From assembly GCA_010093705.1 (NCBI GenBank), contig MU006111.1, positions 186,001 through 250,000 on the forward strand: a DNA stretch of 64,000 bases, read 5' to 3'. This stretch comes from Patellaria atrata CBS 101060. Its lineage: Eukaryota. The notes under the pieces were generated by a model. That model was not told the origin of the DNA. It saw nothing but the letters and a program-made list of their open reading frames with translations, and made no database searches. The translations under genes and the position numbers were made by a program. Positions 12,774-26,312 of the stretch are shown here, piece by piece; position 1 is the first letter of the stretch, and each line of letters starts with the position of its first letter.

Positions 12774-12819
12774 ACGCGCGAACCTGTGAGTTCGTGCTTT
12801 GACTTCGCGATCTACGCGT
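12774..12819. promoter_or_regulatory. MCB-like elements (ACGCGCGAA, ACGCGT) in the ~180-bp divergent Mtf2-like/CMR1 promoter
   Basis: ACGCG at 12774 and ACGCGT at 12814-12819, consistent with MBF control of a replication-stress gene (inference). Confidence 0.5.
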
Positions 12820-12871
12820 AACCATCCATCTCCGCTGGAATCCGCATCGAACCTCAACTACACCCGTCCGT

Positions 12872-14593
12872 ATGAACATGGCGCGCAGCAAGGCTACCGA
12901 ATTATCGGAGTACGAACTCCAGCGACAGGAGAAAATCGCGAAGAATCAGGAACTCCTTCGCAGCCTTCAATTGGAAGCTGCTTCGTCAGGTCTCGCCCCC
13001 TCGAAGTCGCGCTCCGCAACACCCTCAAAGAGTACAAAAAAGAAAGCAACTCCCGTAAAGAGGGTGAAAGAAGAAATTTTACCACGGCGCACATCTTCTA
13101 GGCTCCGAGGTATTGTGGCCGATAGTGAGGTTGCGAAACGCAAAGCTGAGGAAGAATATACCGCGGTGCAAGAGGCAGAAAGGGCTAAACGACAACGGGT
13201 CAGCGATGACCTCAATTTGGGCGATATCGTTGTCGGTGGAAAGCATTGGAATCAGAGCGGTAATTTTCTCGTTGGCGTGGGCCCTGCAAGACCCAACGAG
13301 AGAACATTCTCCGTCGAAGATGTTAAGGAAACGACGGATAAAGAATTAAAAGCTCTTAGGGAGAAGATGAGTGGATTAGAATTATGGGAAGATTATGAAC
13401 CAAATAGTATATCCCGTATTATTACATCCTATGTTCGCTTCAGCTAATCATATCAGGAATCAAGATAACACCAGAGAGAATTGTACGTCTATCATGCCTA
13501 TCTGTAGTTAATCTTTCGGACTAACCATAGCAGTACTCACTGGGGTTCCACCCTACGCGAGACAAAGCATTGATCTTCGGGGGCGACAAATTAGGGAATA
13601 TGGGCATTTTCGACAATTCCCAATCAGTCCCGGAAGTGAAAGCAGAAGATGAAGACGAGGAAGAAGAAGTTGAGGGACCTCCCATCACGACTCTGAAACC
13701 CCATACCCGCACCATTTGCGACTTCAAGTTTAGTCCTTCTGATTATAATGTTTTATATACAGCTTCATACGATTCCTCAATTCGAAAGATGGATCTAGCG
13801 AAAAGCGTTGCTATCGAGGTCTATGCTCCAGCAGACAAGAGTGTAGACGCCCCTGTCTCCGCCATAGACATGAGTCACACTGACGCGCACACCATATACT
13901 TCACCACGTTAGAAGGAGCATTTGGAATGCATGATATACGTACCAAACCTACCGATACCGAGACCTATCAACTCTCGGAAAAGAAAATCGGTGGGTTCAC
14001 TTTACATCCACTACACCCTCATCTCGTAGCAACAGCATCCTTAGATCGAACTTTGAAGATATGGGATCTTCGGAAAATAAGTGGAAAGGATGAGTGGCGG
14101 ATCCCATCTTTGGTGGGCGAGCATGAGAGCAGGCTATCTGTCTCGCATGCAGCTTTCAACTCTGCGGGTCAGGTTGCAACGGCTTCGTACGATGATACAG
14201 TTAAGATTCATGATTTCAGCGGTTGCGGGGACTGGAAAGTAGGGATGTCCCTAACGGACGCACAATTAAAGCCGGCCACGATCATTCCACATAATAATCA
14301 GACCGGACGATGGGTTACTATGTAAGTTCCCAGTATAGACAAACTTACAGCATATGACTGATCATTCGTGCAGACTACGTGCTCAATGGCAACTGCAACC
14401 CGAAGACGGTATACCGCGATTTTGCATTGGCAATATGAACAGATTCGTGGATATCTACACGAGTAAGGGCCAACAGCTCGCCCAGCTTGGAGGAGAAGGG
14501 ATTACGGCTGTCCCTGCTGTAGCGAAGTTCCACCCGAGTATAAATTGGGTTGCAGGGGGCACAGCTAGTGGCAAACTATGTTTATGGATGTAA
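12872..14593 (+). CDS. CMR1: WD40 DNA damage-binding protein Cmr1 (WDR76 ortholog)
   Basis: [30 protein letters not shown], short exon [33 protein letters not shown] and [11 protein letters not shown]. Start is 12872 or 12878. Confidence 0.93.
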
Positions 14594-15687
14594 TTGGCGA
14601 TAGGGATCAATACGTATATTTCTTGTGGCGTTTTAAGTCTTGGCAGCAAGCTCGTATGTCGCTTGACTATGTCGGGTTATAAGTCGGATATTATCTGTCA
14701 AGGAAACGTCAGGTTATGCCTTAGGGGCTAGGAGTACCTTTGTTACTTGTATCTGTATTCCCAGCGGTTAGACGGAGCAGGAATCATCACAACCTCGCTA
14801 TGAGCATCATATATATGCGTCATTCTCCTTTTTGACTAGCTTTGTTTGACTAATAGCGCCCATGACTGCTTTCAAGTTGCTGACAATCGAGTGACGTTTG
14901 TAACAACATCGCGGACCAGTCTCAAGGTCAATACGGATTACTGTAATCCGTTCGACGTATACCTTACGATTTTCGAACTTGAATCGGCGTTTGGGTAGAA
15001 CAATCGAAATACGATCAGGAATTCTGATATTCGCTTTCCCGTAATAGAAGTTACGGCTTCAAGGAGTTTTCAGGTCAGGTTCAGACGCGATGTTCTCGCT
15101 TCTTGTAGGACTCCGCCAAACTTAATCCTGACCGCATCCTCCTAACGCAAGGCACGCATCTCTCTCCGGAGCCAGCTATGGAGGAGAGCAATACATTATG
15201 TCGAAGGAGTAGTTTCTAATATATTTAATCTTTCTCTTTATAAATCGTCACGGCCGATTGACAGCGGTCATACTTTCGTTCTTTTTCCTCTTGTTAAAAA
15301 CGCGTCTATTAGGTTATGGCATGTTACCTGAACGAGCGCTTAAGTTCTAATTACTCACGACCTATATGACTTCCACTCTTTGGAGACTTATGGTATCCGT
15401 TTGTCACTCTCTAGACTGTTGACTCATGTCCAATCATCTCACACCTTGTCGAACTTTTTGTATATCTGTTCGCTCCAGCTACTTTTCAAACCGTAGGACA
15501 TAGGCGCGTGATTACAATTGTTAGAATGCATCCTCTGAGGCGTTATCATCCTATTCAGATCGACATTCACATTTATTTGTTCGTGATTTTTTTTTTAACA
15601 AAACATCAAACCGCACAACATCAGATTTCGCAACGGCAAAAACTGAGACGTCTCCGATGATATGTCTTGCGGAGTAAATTCATCAAG

Positions 15688-18600
15688 ATGTCTCCTCATA
15701 TCAAAAACAGTCAATCAAGAGTCTACGGAGTTAAATCTGGAGACCTGGTGTACCCGAAATCTCAGTATCATGGCTGGGTGCCACCCGCCGAAGAAGTCAC
15801 GGAGAGGGTAGCAATCGAAAAGCTCATAGTTGGTCATGTCCAGTTGTTCATACGTTATGTAGATACTAAATCGAGCATATAGGGCTCATTTCATATTGGC
15901 CGCGAAGAGACTCATCGATCGGCCACCTACGTACGACAAGCTTCTCTACCGGATGACTTCGTTTCCTTTACATTGTCCCAGTTCTCAATCTATAGGCCCG
16001 AGAGTCCACATCACATCAAAACCGGTTGGGATAGAACAACGAGGGATTTTGAAATGGAGCCATTAAGTCTACTCAATTCGAATGTCGGAGCACCAACGTT
16101 TTGTTTCGATGGAGTCTTGAAACACAACGGGGTATCAATTTACGTGAAGAAAGTCGCATTTCAAATTCTAGCCATTGACGGCTATGGAGATAAAGACGTT
16201 TATTCCGTGAGAGAGGGAATCTATATTCAAACTCCCTTAGCTAAAATCCACAATATTTGGTATCGACTCGCAGAGCCTTCCCCTGAATATCGGCGTTTTC
16301 ATGACCCGTTCCTATGGGTTGCCGACCTGGCAAAACATTTTGTAGACTTTGGACTGGAGAATGACCAGATCAAGATCCACGACTTCCGAAAGAAATTCTA
16401 CAACTGGATCAATAGACGTGGCGGATCAAAAGTTCAAAAATGGCTACATCAGTTCGGGAAGACTGACTTCTGTACGACAGTCAACGCGAATATACTCTTT
16501 CTCTGGAAAGAATGTGTCGATATTAACCCTGGATCATGGAACTTTAGAATCTGGAAGGAAATCCACCCCAAACAACTTGAGGCTATCGAGCAACAGCCAT
16601 CTATCGAGAAAAGGACCGTCGTTACGCCTTTCGTTTTTGAGTGTTTCAAGCATATGTACTTTTCAATGTTTCTTGAACCGCGTTGTCCAACTAAAGGAGC
16701 AGTTATCGCAGCTCATAAAGAACGATTGATTTCTCACTCTTTCGTTCTAAATTCCAAGAAGCCTTGCAATACATTCCATAGTGAAGATTTACCTATACGA
16801 CCTTCGGACAAGGTCACAAAAGTTTCCAATGCGCAAGTGCGCGTCGGCGATGTCATTGGGATACCAAGAGATAGTGAGACCGTTTGGAAAGATAAATCCG
16901 ATATCTGGTTGGCCTACGTCCAAGGTGTTCAATGCACATCAAAAGGAGATCAGTATCTTCATGTTATCTGGTTATACCGACCTCAAGACACCACACTTTC
17001 TACGCGTTATCCTATCGCAAACGAATTGTTCTTTTCCGATCACTGCAACTGTGCAGATGCAAGGCTATACACTAAAGAAATTACTTGTAGTATTGATGTC
17101 GAATTCTTTCCAAAGACATTACAATCAAAGTCTAGGTATATTGTCAGACAGAAGTATATGACTACCGACCACGCCTTTGCGACACTTACCAAAAAGGACT
17201 TTCGATGTCCGTGTGGGTCGAATACCTCTGGTCCCTCCTTGTTGTCCGACATCGCAATTGGCGATGCAGTTCTGGTCCATCATTCAAGTGGTGTTCTAGA
17301 GCCCGTAATCATAGTCGATGTCGTTCGAAGCTCGGAAGAGATTATGGTGCGGGAGATGCTTAGACGTGCCCGGGATTTGAAGCAGGAATCCGAACCGAAT
17401 GAGCTGGTATGGACCAACAACGTCCTTATCATACCAGCTAAACACGTTGAGCGAAAGTGTCATATTCGATATATGAGTCGATCTAAGGCGGTTAAACTCT
17501 TTCCGTATAACCGTAAGGGGTCCTTGGATTGCTTTTTCTTCAGCACGCTGCTACAAGAAGATGGAATTCTGGTTACCATGCCACCACCTGAGCTAGGGTC
17601 CTTTCATAAAGCATTTGCGCCTATCCCTTCAGGTATGAAGCCCTTAGCTGGACTTGATCTCTTTTGCGGCGGAGGAAACTTTGCTCTAGGTCTTGAGGAA
17701 CTAGGTGCAGTAAAGTTCGTGCAAGCTGTCGACTGGGACAAGGCAGCTGTACACACACGCTATGCAAATATTCGCAATGAGAACGAAACGGCGATATTCT
17801 TTGGCTCCGTGAACGACTATCTTGCGCAAGCAATGATCGGTTCATTGTCAGTAGCAAGAATCGGTGAAATCGATTTTGGTTCTGCAGGCTCTCCGTGTCC
17901 CGGTTTTTCCACTTTACAACCGAATAAACAAAGCGACGATTCCTTGCGTAATGCGTCTATGGTGGCATCTGTAGCTTCTTTCTGCGATTTCTACCGACCC
18001 CGGCATTTGATACTGGAGAACGTGGTTCCCATGGCCCATAAGATAGCAAGAACCGACCAGAATGTGCTCTCTCAGATGTTATGCGCTTTAGTTGGGATGG
18101 GATATCAAGTTCGACAATTCATTGCTGATGCTTGGTCTTTTGGCGAGTGCCAGAGCCGATCAAGGTTGTTGATCATGGCGACGGCGCCGGGTTATACGCT
18201 ACCTGAGTTGCCCAATCTGACCCACGCACACCCAACAGGAAAAGGCAATGAGACATTAGGGAAAGGTGTGAACGGAACCTATTTCTGTGAGCGTCGGTTT
18301 GTGCCGACTCCATTCCCTTTCACTACAGCGGAAGAAGCCTTCAGAGACCTCCCAACCATCGGCGACTCGCGCGTCCAAATATGTGTTCCGGCCCCCGATC
18401 ACAGAACTACACGCATAGAGAGACCAATCACTCGAGCGCTTATAAACATGGTACCTGTTTTACCACCTCAGCAAAACTTCGTGAAAGCAGTGCGATCGGG
18501 CCATATGGGCAAACCACAGCTTGAGCGGTGGTGGAACACCTCCAATTCTGGACACAAGAGAGCACCTAATAGCAAAGGGTGGCAACGGATTGTCGCAGAC

Positions 18601-19479
18601 AAATTGGTTCCTACCATCACGACGAGACAGAACCCGTCTGATGCATTTGTTGGCGCCACTATACACTGGAAAGATCCACGCTGTCTTACAGTTATGGAAG
18701 GTCGCCGCGCCCAGGGGGTACCCGATGATGAGGTTATTGTTGGTCACCCAGCTGAACAATGGAAGATTGTGGGAAACAGCGTCTCACGCAGGACTGCGAA
18801 TGCTTCAGGGCTGTCTTTTCTGCGAGCATGCATCGCAGATTATGGGAAGGGTAGAGATATTAGGAAGAAGCAGCTTAACAGGCATCAGGGGAAAGGAGAG
18901 GGCGTGTTGTTGCAAGCCGTAGTCGTGGATAACGAAGACTTGGAGCGGGAATCTTACAGAACTGTTAGTGAAACTGAAGATGTTGACTCCTGGAACGGAT
19001 GTTCCATTCCAACGGATGTGGAAGAATATCATCGTATCGTGCTAGACGGTAAAGCCATTGTCTTTAATAGAAAAGTCACCGCAGCGGCACCTCCTCCAGG
19101 TAAATCATTCAAAGGCGTTTTCGAAACCGAAGAGTCACCAGATCCCATCAGCCTCGACCAGGAGCCCAGATACTACTCTTCAACTAAAGGTGCTCTGCAG
19201 CGTTCTACGCAAGATCCACACCTCCCGAGCAGCTCAGGCTCGAGCGCCGATAAGCCCAGACCCGCTCCAACTGGAAGGATGAAAGAATTAAAGAGGAATG
19301 AAGACGGTGCTGATGAGTTTAGTCCCGTCACACCTGGAAGGGTGAACGGTATCAAGAGGAAGGCAGATGAGTTCGAACTTCCAACTCCCGAGTTTCATGC
19401 ACGAAGGCCATCGCTACCATCAAGAGCGCGAGAAAGCGAGGGTGAAGGTGAAACCTGGTTCGGAAAGAAAGCATGGTAG
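15688..19479 (+). CDS. dim-2: DIM-2-type C5 cytosine DNA methyltransferase with BAH domains
   Basis: Motif I LDLFCGGG, motif IV AGSPCPGFS, motif VI LENV, motif VIII QSRSR and motif X GNSV, plus BAH-region WLYRP..ELFFSDHCNC. Probable first exon from ATG 15688 and a 54-nt intron at 15829-15882. Confidence 0.92.
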
Positions 19480-19641
19480 CGTTTTGGGTATTAGGGTAAC
19501 ATATAAGCAAATTTCGACGTGGAATAGGGAGGTCAACGGAAGTAGGGGCCGAGGGTGCGGGTAAGGCTCAGTCCGGGCTATCCCGTTTATACGATATGTG
19601 GGATATTAATGGTATCGGGTGATGAGGTTACTTTCTCAGTA

Positions 19642-19666
19642 GTGGTGGTGGTGGTGGTGGTGGTGG
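19642..19666. repeat. (GTG)n microsatellite
   Basis: About 8 units read directly downstream of dim-2. Confidence 0.85.
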
Positions 19667-21534
19667 ATACATAGTATAGTTAGGATTCTATCTCACCGAG
19701 GCATAAATGTGAATTCAGCTTGTTAACGACTTCTAAGAAGAAAGAATCGGAAAGATCTTACATCTCAGTCGCTTTATCAGAGCATTTATCATTCAGCGCA
19801 TAGTTGGTAAATGTCCCGTTTGGAGTTATCCCTCTAAGATTCCCTTGTGATACTCGTATATCTCACGTTACCATAAGATCTCTATAACTGATAATCCAAG
19901 GCGTCCAGAATCAGCGACCCTGGTCCGTTGTTGTCCAATTACCTGATACGTGGAGGATCTGACAAGAAAATAGCTTTCGGCTTCGGGGTCTGTTCCTTAT
20001 CGGTTGTCATCCCTGGACTGTTCTACATGAATGAGTCGGGAGTGCTCCATCACTCAACCCGATGAAATAGAAGGAGTGCTTTCAGCGGATAAGAGATAGC
20101 GAGGGGAACAAGAACTGAAAGTGAACTGATAAAAGCAGCTCATGATAACTATGCACAACTTCAAACAAAGTCGCCTGATAGGCGTGTAGAAAGTCGAAGG
20201 ACTCTGCTTTTGTGTGCGAAACAACATATGTAGGGCTGAAGATAAAAAAAATCCGGCGTAACAATATGGAACTCCTCGATCGGAGCTTGCGGCTTTGGGA
20301 CCTTGGGGAGCCGTTTTAGCTTGACAGCAAATCAATATGTGAACCACGAACAGGTCAAAGGCCGAAGGTAGACTCTTAAAAGAAACAATTTCAGCTGTTC
20401 ATATATCCAGGTGGATGGGGACCACGTTCTCTGTTTGGAGCTCAGTTACGGTAGTGAGCATCAATCAGTCTGAAAGTGCCGGCCAAATTGGACTTGCAGA
20501 TCGCTGTGGGTTCCCTCCACCCAGGCAGGCTCTGGTCCAGTAGTAGTGGTCTCAAAAGGTGGTCCCTTACTTGTGCTTCTTTTCTTTCGGTGGGAATAAC
20601 CGCCGTCTTATGGATGAAATCCTAGAGTGCTGTGGTAAGTGACTTTTTCATGGGGCTGAAACGGTGATTTGAGGGCCTTGCAAAGTCAGCAATTTAACCA
20701 TATTGGGTCAACCAATCAACGCCCGTTACCGATAATAAAAATGTCACGGGATTTGGCATTAATGGGTGATTGTTTACTTCTTGGCAAGTCGCGTCTTGCC
20801 GTGTTCAAACTTGACCGGTCGCTGAGTCGAGATCCTCCTCGAGGCCTTGCAAGTCAGCCAGTGCCTAAATTCGAGTAGCAAACCAGCGATGGCGTAAGAT
20901 AACCGAACCTTGCAAGTCCGAGACGAAGGCGAGACGCCAGATGCTCGTCGTAGCCACTCAGCGTTTGACCCTTTGCTCTTTGCTTTACCGCTGTGCGTCT
21001 CGATCGAAGACCAGCTCTCCACATCGAAAGAGGGCGTGCAGACTGGTGTACTGTACAAGTAATCAAGCGTCGGGAAGTCCGGGCTGTTAACCTCTCCATG
21101 TTTGTCGTGCTGACTGCTGACAGGTATGAATATTTGGGGGGAGTAGTGGGGTTGACATTATTGACAACACCGACCAAGACCTTTCCGGATATCGAAATCA
21201 ACTTTTCTTGATCTCCCATTATTCTTCCCGCTCAAACACGCGAGAAATGTCGTCACCGATGTGCAATTGAATAGATTAAAACGAACTCGTAAAAGTTTCC
21301 GATTTGCGTGCGGAGACACGATTAACAATTTGGTCTAGCATCACAAGGCGAAAGCCATTTCCAAATACGCCACTTTAACCGGTTTGAGAGGATCGAAAAG
21401 GGGACACGGGCCGTCTGTCGGTACAAGGCATCAAACGCTTGGTTGCTATGGGTATGTTAAAGCTGTTGCTTGACTTGCTTCAGCTTTTTAACTTGCTTTG
21501 AGCCTTCCATTATTGCAGGTGAGCGCTTGACGAG

Positions 21535-21563
21535 TTTTTTTTTTTAAAAAAAAAAAAAAAAAA
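21535..21563. repeat. Abutting T11-A18 homopolymers (self-complementary)
   Basis: Read directly. Confidence 0.9.
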
Positions 21564-22730
21564 CACGGCAAAGAAAAGACGTACGAATTAGACTAAACTG
21601 AGCTGAAAATGGTCTTTTGATCCTTCGGCTTATCGGACGAGAAGCCAATCACGATGATATCCTCATCCTTCGGTAACAAAGCCGCTTCCCTGATTTTTCA
21701 CAAATTCAAGATTCGAGCAAGCACGATACAATAAGAATGCTAAGGAACATTATGCGTTATGACGGTATACCATTCCATTTCTACGTATGCAGTTTCATAG
21801 AGCTCTGAGTCGTGCGCGTTTCGAAGATTCACGGCTCTGACGTAGGTAAGGTAGGAGGTCCGTACACAGTACTGTCAACAACTCAAACAATAAAGCAGAG
21901 CACCGATCATAACCGTCCTAGGAGATTTTGATAATCGCCACGCGGTAAACCAGACGAATAAGCACAGTTAAATCTATCTTCTGTTTGCGGACGGGCGGAC
22001 TGCAGCTGGCTCCACGTTTTTCTGCCCTGGCAACGGAGAATTGAGGGCACGGCTTTTATATTTGCAGTGGTATTTTTGTGTGAGGTCATTCGGTGTGTCT
22101 GAAATTGATGCATCTGACATTCAGCGTTTACAGCTCACCTCTCGTAACCTTAAAACCTGATTTGCGGATGGGTTAATGCATCTTGAATACGTATGCATTC
22201 GAGACGAAAGATCTTCGATGAGATTGGAAAGAATTGCAACATCCGTGATGAGATGAATCGTCTTGGACATCTATCTTTATGCAGTGAATTTTTCAATTTT
22301 CAGTAACCGTAAGGTATAGAATTTTTATTATTAGGCGTGCATAAGGTACTCAGGCTGCATAAGGGCCTGGAAGAGCGGTGGAGCAAAGGACGGGAGTTTT
22401 TTTGCAAGGGAGTCGTGGGAATCTGTCGACCTTTAGGGTCAAGCTTAACTGGGAAAGTGCACCTCAGAAACCCCCGCCTTGCAAAACCATCCCTAGCCCT
22501 TTCCTCGCTGGGAACCCGGCTAGGCTGTTACTTCCTCACTTTGCCAGGGTTCCTGCTGCATGCAGCCGCCAGACGCACGGCATAACCAGTTGCTGAGGAG
22601 ACCAAAACCTCACCTTTCTTCAACTCTTCCAAATCCTCATCAAGGAACCTTTTTCTCCTTCACCTTCTTCGTTAACCTTCGTTCCTACCCTTCTCCGTCC
22701 CAAAGAAGGCCCTTAACCCATCCTCCTCGG

Positions 22731-22826
22731 GTGTCTGTGTGTCTGTGTGTGTGTGGGTGTGTATATGCGTGCGTGTGTATGCGCGTGTGTGTGTGCGTGC
22801 GTGCGTGTGTGTGTGTGTGTGTGTGT
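22731..22826. repeat. Compound (GT)n/(GC) alternating purine-pyrimidine microsatellite upstream of cdc25
   Basis: About 95 nt of gtgt/gcgt/gtat repeats, ending about 365 nt before the ATG. Confidence 0.95.
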
Positions 22827-23190
22827 CCGTCGGTTGGCATTGGTCTGGGATTCCTCAGTTGCATGTAACTCACCTTAGGAACGTCCTCAAGGTATCTTAT
22901 CCCGTCCCATTGATCCAAGCAAGAGAGCAATATTTCGACCCTTCGATGCCGCGAACCTCCCGATAATACCTCTATTCGACGGACACAACACCTCATATAG
23001 CCTTATGTGCTTGAGGATATCACAGACAGCATCTTAGATCGGAATTGACTTTCTCGTCTATCGTATGCTATTACCACCCTCGTCATCCTTCAACAGCCAA
23101 TAGCCTCATTTCGATACGCCTTACTTTCGAGAAAGACTGCTTAAAGACACCAATTGATTTGGATATCCACACAAGACTTTAATCTTAATC

Positions 23191-25090
23191 ATGGAGTTTT
23201 CCTCACCTTGTGCTGCTATGCACCCTCCTCCGGTACCTGGGCCTGGTGGTTGCAGACGCGACTTTGGCTCCTATCTTGCAGCACCTTCAGCTCGAACCTT
23301 TGCTCCCAACAGCTTCAACTTTAGAGATCTAAGCATGAAGGCCAAGCCCGATTACTTCACCATCAGACCCGTGAGGGGGTCTTCACCAACAGCGAGTTTG
23401 GCAGCTGATCTGTCACAAAACTTTCACATCGATCAGAGGTACTTGGTGACATTCCTCGGTTACCATGCAGATAGACTAACGTGCTTCCAGCCCTCAACTT
23501 CCAACTCCTCGTCGATCGCTTTTTACGTCGAACTTGTTCCCTCTCGACACCAGGGGTAAGAAGACAATGGAAGCCGCCGTAGAAGACTACTTTAACTTAC
23601 CCAAACGCACTATAGAAGGAACGATAACTCCTCCAATTCGGTGGGAAGGTGTCACCACACCTCCAATCCCCTCGTCTTCCCCGGGATTCGGAAACGATTC
23701 AATGGACATCTCACCTCTACCACACAAAGCACCCTTCTCCTTCGTGTCACCCATCACCGTTCATTCCCCGACCCCCGAATCGACAGCCCTCGACGACGAT
23801 ATGCTTTCACCCTGTACAAGTACCCCAAATGCCCTTTCCGACATATCAAATCTTCCTAAGCCATCCTTGGGCGTCGAGTGAGTGGTCAGGAAGCTTTACG
23901 CTGGTTCTTCTTTTGCTGATATCACACTAGTCGCAAACGTCTCTTCCCTCGTCCTAACCTTACGCGTACAAAGGGTTTCTCGACTAACACGGTGTCATTC
24001 AAGTCACGATTGGCAGAAAATCAGTTACCGCCTTTCAAGTTTGGTGCTGGAACTAGCGGCTTATGCAATTCGTCCACACCACTTGATGATTTCATGATGG
24101 AGTCTCCACCTCAGGATAACAAGACATTTGTTGCTCCCGCTCCTGTTGTCCCCCGTCCTCGTTCAAGACAGTCCTCATTCGGTACTAATCGTATCACCGG
24201 TTCTCCGATCACCAATATTCTCACGAAGAAGCCTGCACCTCGCCCACGTAAACAATTTCGAAGGTCTCAAAGCATGTTTGAAAATCCAGGTGACATCATG
24301 AAGCAGGAACCTGCTGGCTACAATCCTAACGGACTGCAATCTATCATGGATGTTGATGTCGTCCATAAGCCGGACTTACCCCACTTCATTCCAGAAAACG
24401 AACCGGAAGGCTTGCCACGTATCACTCAGGACACCTTGGTAGATGTACTTGATGGTAAATATGGCCATGTTTATGATCACGTCAAAGTCATTGATTGTCG
24501 ATTTGCATACGAGTATAAGGGTGGACACATTGACGGCGCGGTGAACTACGATAACAGGGAGATGCTGGTTGAAGATCTGTTCAATTGCGATCAAGCGCTT
24601 CCTTCAAAGACGTTGCTCGTTTTTCATTGCGAGTACTCCGCCCACCGTGCCCCAATGATGTAAGTCACCGTTGCTGTTCCCCTTGTCGTATACGATTAAC
24701 AAGAATGATCGCAGGGCTCGTTTCATCCGCCATAAAGATAGATCTGTCAACCAACTTGAATATCCCAAGCTCAGCTTCCCAGAAGTGTATATCCTTGATG
24801 GTGGATACCGTCGCTTCTTTGAGGAAAATAGTGTCCGCTGCTTCCCTCAGAATTACGTTGAGATGGATGCTAAGGAGTACGAGCATGAGTGCGAACGTGG
24901 AATGGGGAAACTTCGCCAACGAACAAAACTCAGCAGAGCTCAGACTTTCGCCTTCGGCCAAGGATCCGAAATGGAGGACAGTCCTACTGCTGTTGGTCGA
25001 TCAGCACCATCCAGCTTACTTCCGATGGACCTCTTGTTGAATGACAACCTCGGAACTCGTCGCCATGCTCAACGCACGTCTTCATATTAA
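23191..25090 (+). CDS. MIH1: M-phase inducer phosphatase (Cdc25/NimT/Mih1)
   Basis: GSSPTASLAADLSQNFHID, IDCRFAYEYKGGHIDGA, catalytic HCEYSAHRAP and VYILDGGY. At least three GT-AG introns. Confidence 0.95.
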
Positions 25091-26312
25091 CTCATAAGTG
25101 ATCTCTTTGTTTCACGGTGAATCGGAATTACGGCGTCATTGATCGGAGTATCGGGTTCAGGCCTTTGCGTAGCGGATGACACATATTTTCCATCTCTCTG
25201 CAGGCGTTCGAGCGAACTACCCTTTGGCATGGTTAGCCCCTTTTGTTTTCCGTATCTCCTCATATACCTGGCCATTGAAATTGGATTCTGGCCTTCTGAC
25301 TTATTATCCGTTTGGCTTATGCTTATTTCGGAAAGACTTATAGAGTCCTTAAATGAGTTCTCTACGAGACAACATACTTCTTCCGCTCTGAAGCGAGTCC
25401 ATTGATCTATGTTGAAGTGACAGTCACCGATATCGGAAGTGGCTTGTTACACCCCATCTCTTTTGTTTACTGCACCTTATCTGATTATAGCTCAGACTAG
25501 TCAGCTAGCAATTCTTGGAAACCATCCATGAATCCATATACTATCACACCCACTCACGAAATATTTTATACGACACACTTACCCTCCTCAACACATGCAC
25601 CGTCGTCACATCACCTCCATCACACATTTCCCAGTTGATCCTCACACAGCAACTTTAGGACCCTTCGATTCACGACACTTGTATTACCGCATCCTGTTTT
25701 TTGGTTTTTTGGTTTTTTTTTTTTTGGTATTTTTTTTTCCTTCCTCTCATCAGTGGTATCCTCCTTTTCCCCTTCGGACATACAAAAGTTTGTCAACTGT
25801 ACATATATGAAGATGGTTTTATCACAAGCGAGAAGGCGAGAGAAAAATGGATCTGAGTAATGGTGCTGTTCCCGTCGATAGGGGTTGGATCTGATCTGTG
25901 GTTGCTGTTATTAAGATGGCTCTAACTGATTTTCCGGTTATAGCTCTTCCTCTTCTTAGGATAGGAATACAGAGTTAAATCTTGGTTTTGAATCCAGTGT
26001 TGTGCGTGCCTGTTGTACTTTGCCTTGTCTTCCATATGTCCTGAGGATTATTGCTCTGCCCCTCTGACGCGGATCTACTCACACCTTATTCCCTTCATAT
26101 TCCCTAGTAGCTCCCCTCGCCAAAGCCCTACGATATTTTCGTCATCATTGATATACTTCCTTTCTCATACCCTCTAAAATTCATAATTGCTCCAACCTCT
26201 CACTCCAAACAGAACTTCAGACGAAAAAAAAAAAAAAAATTGAAAAAAAAGTGCAGAAGAAAACCTCCATAGAGGGAAAGTTAACCCGGCGAACGCATTT
26301 AACTTTATATTC

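Noticed and set aside
22560..22996. Cys/Val-rich and His/Thr-rich ORFs
   Set aside because: Translations of the GT microsatellite.
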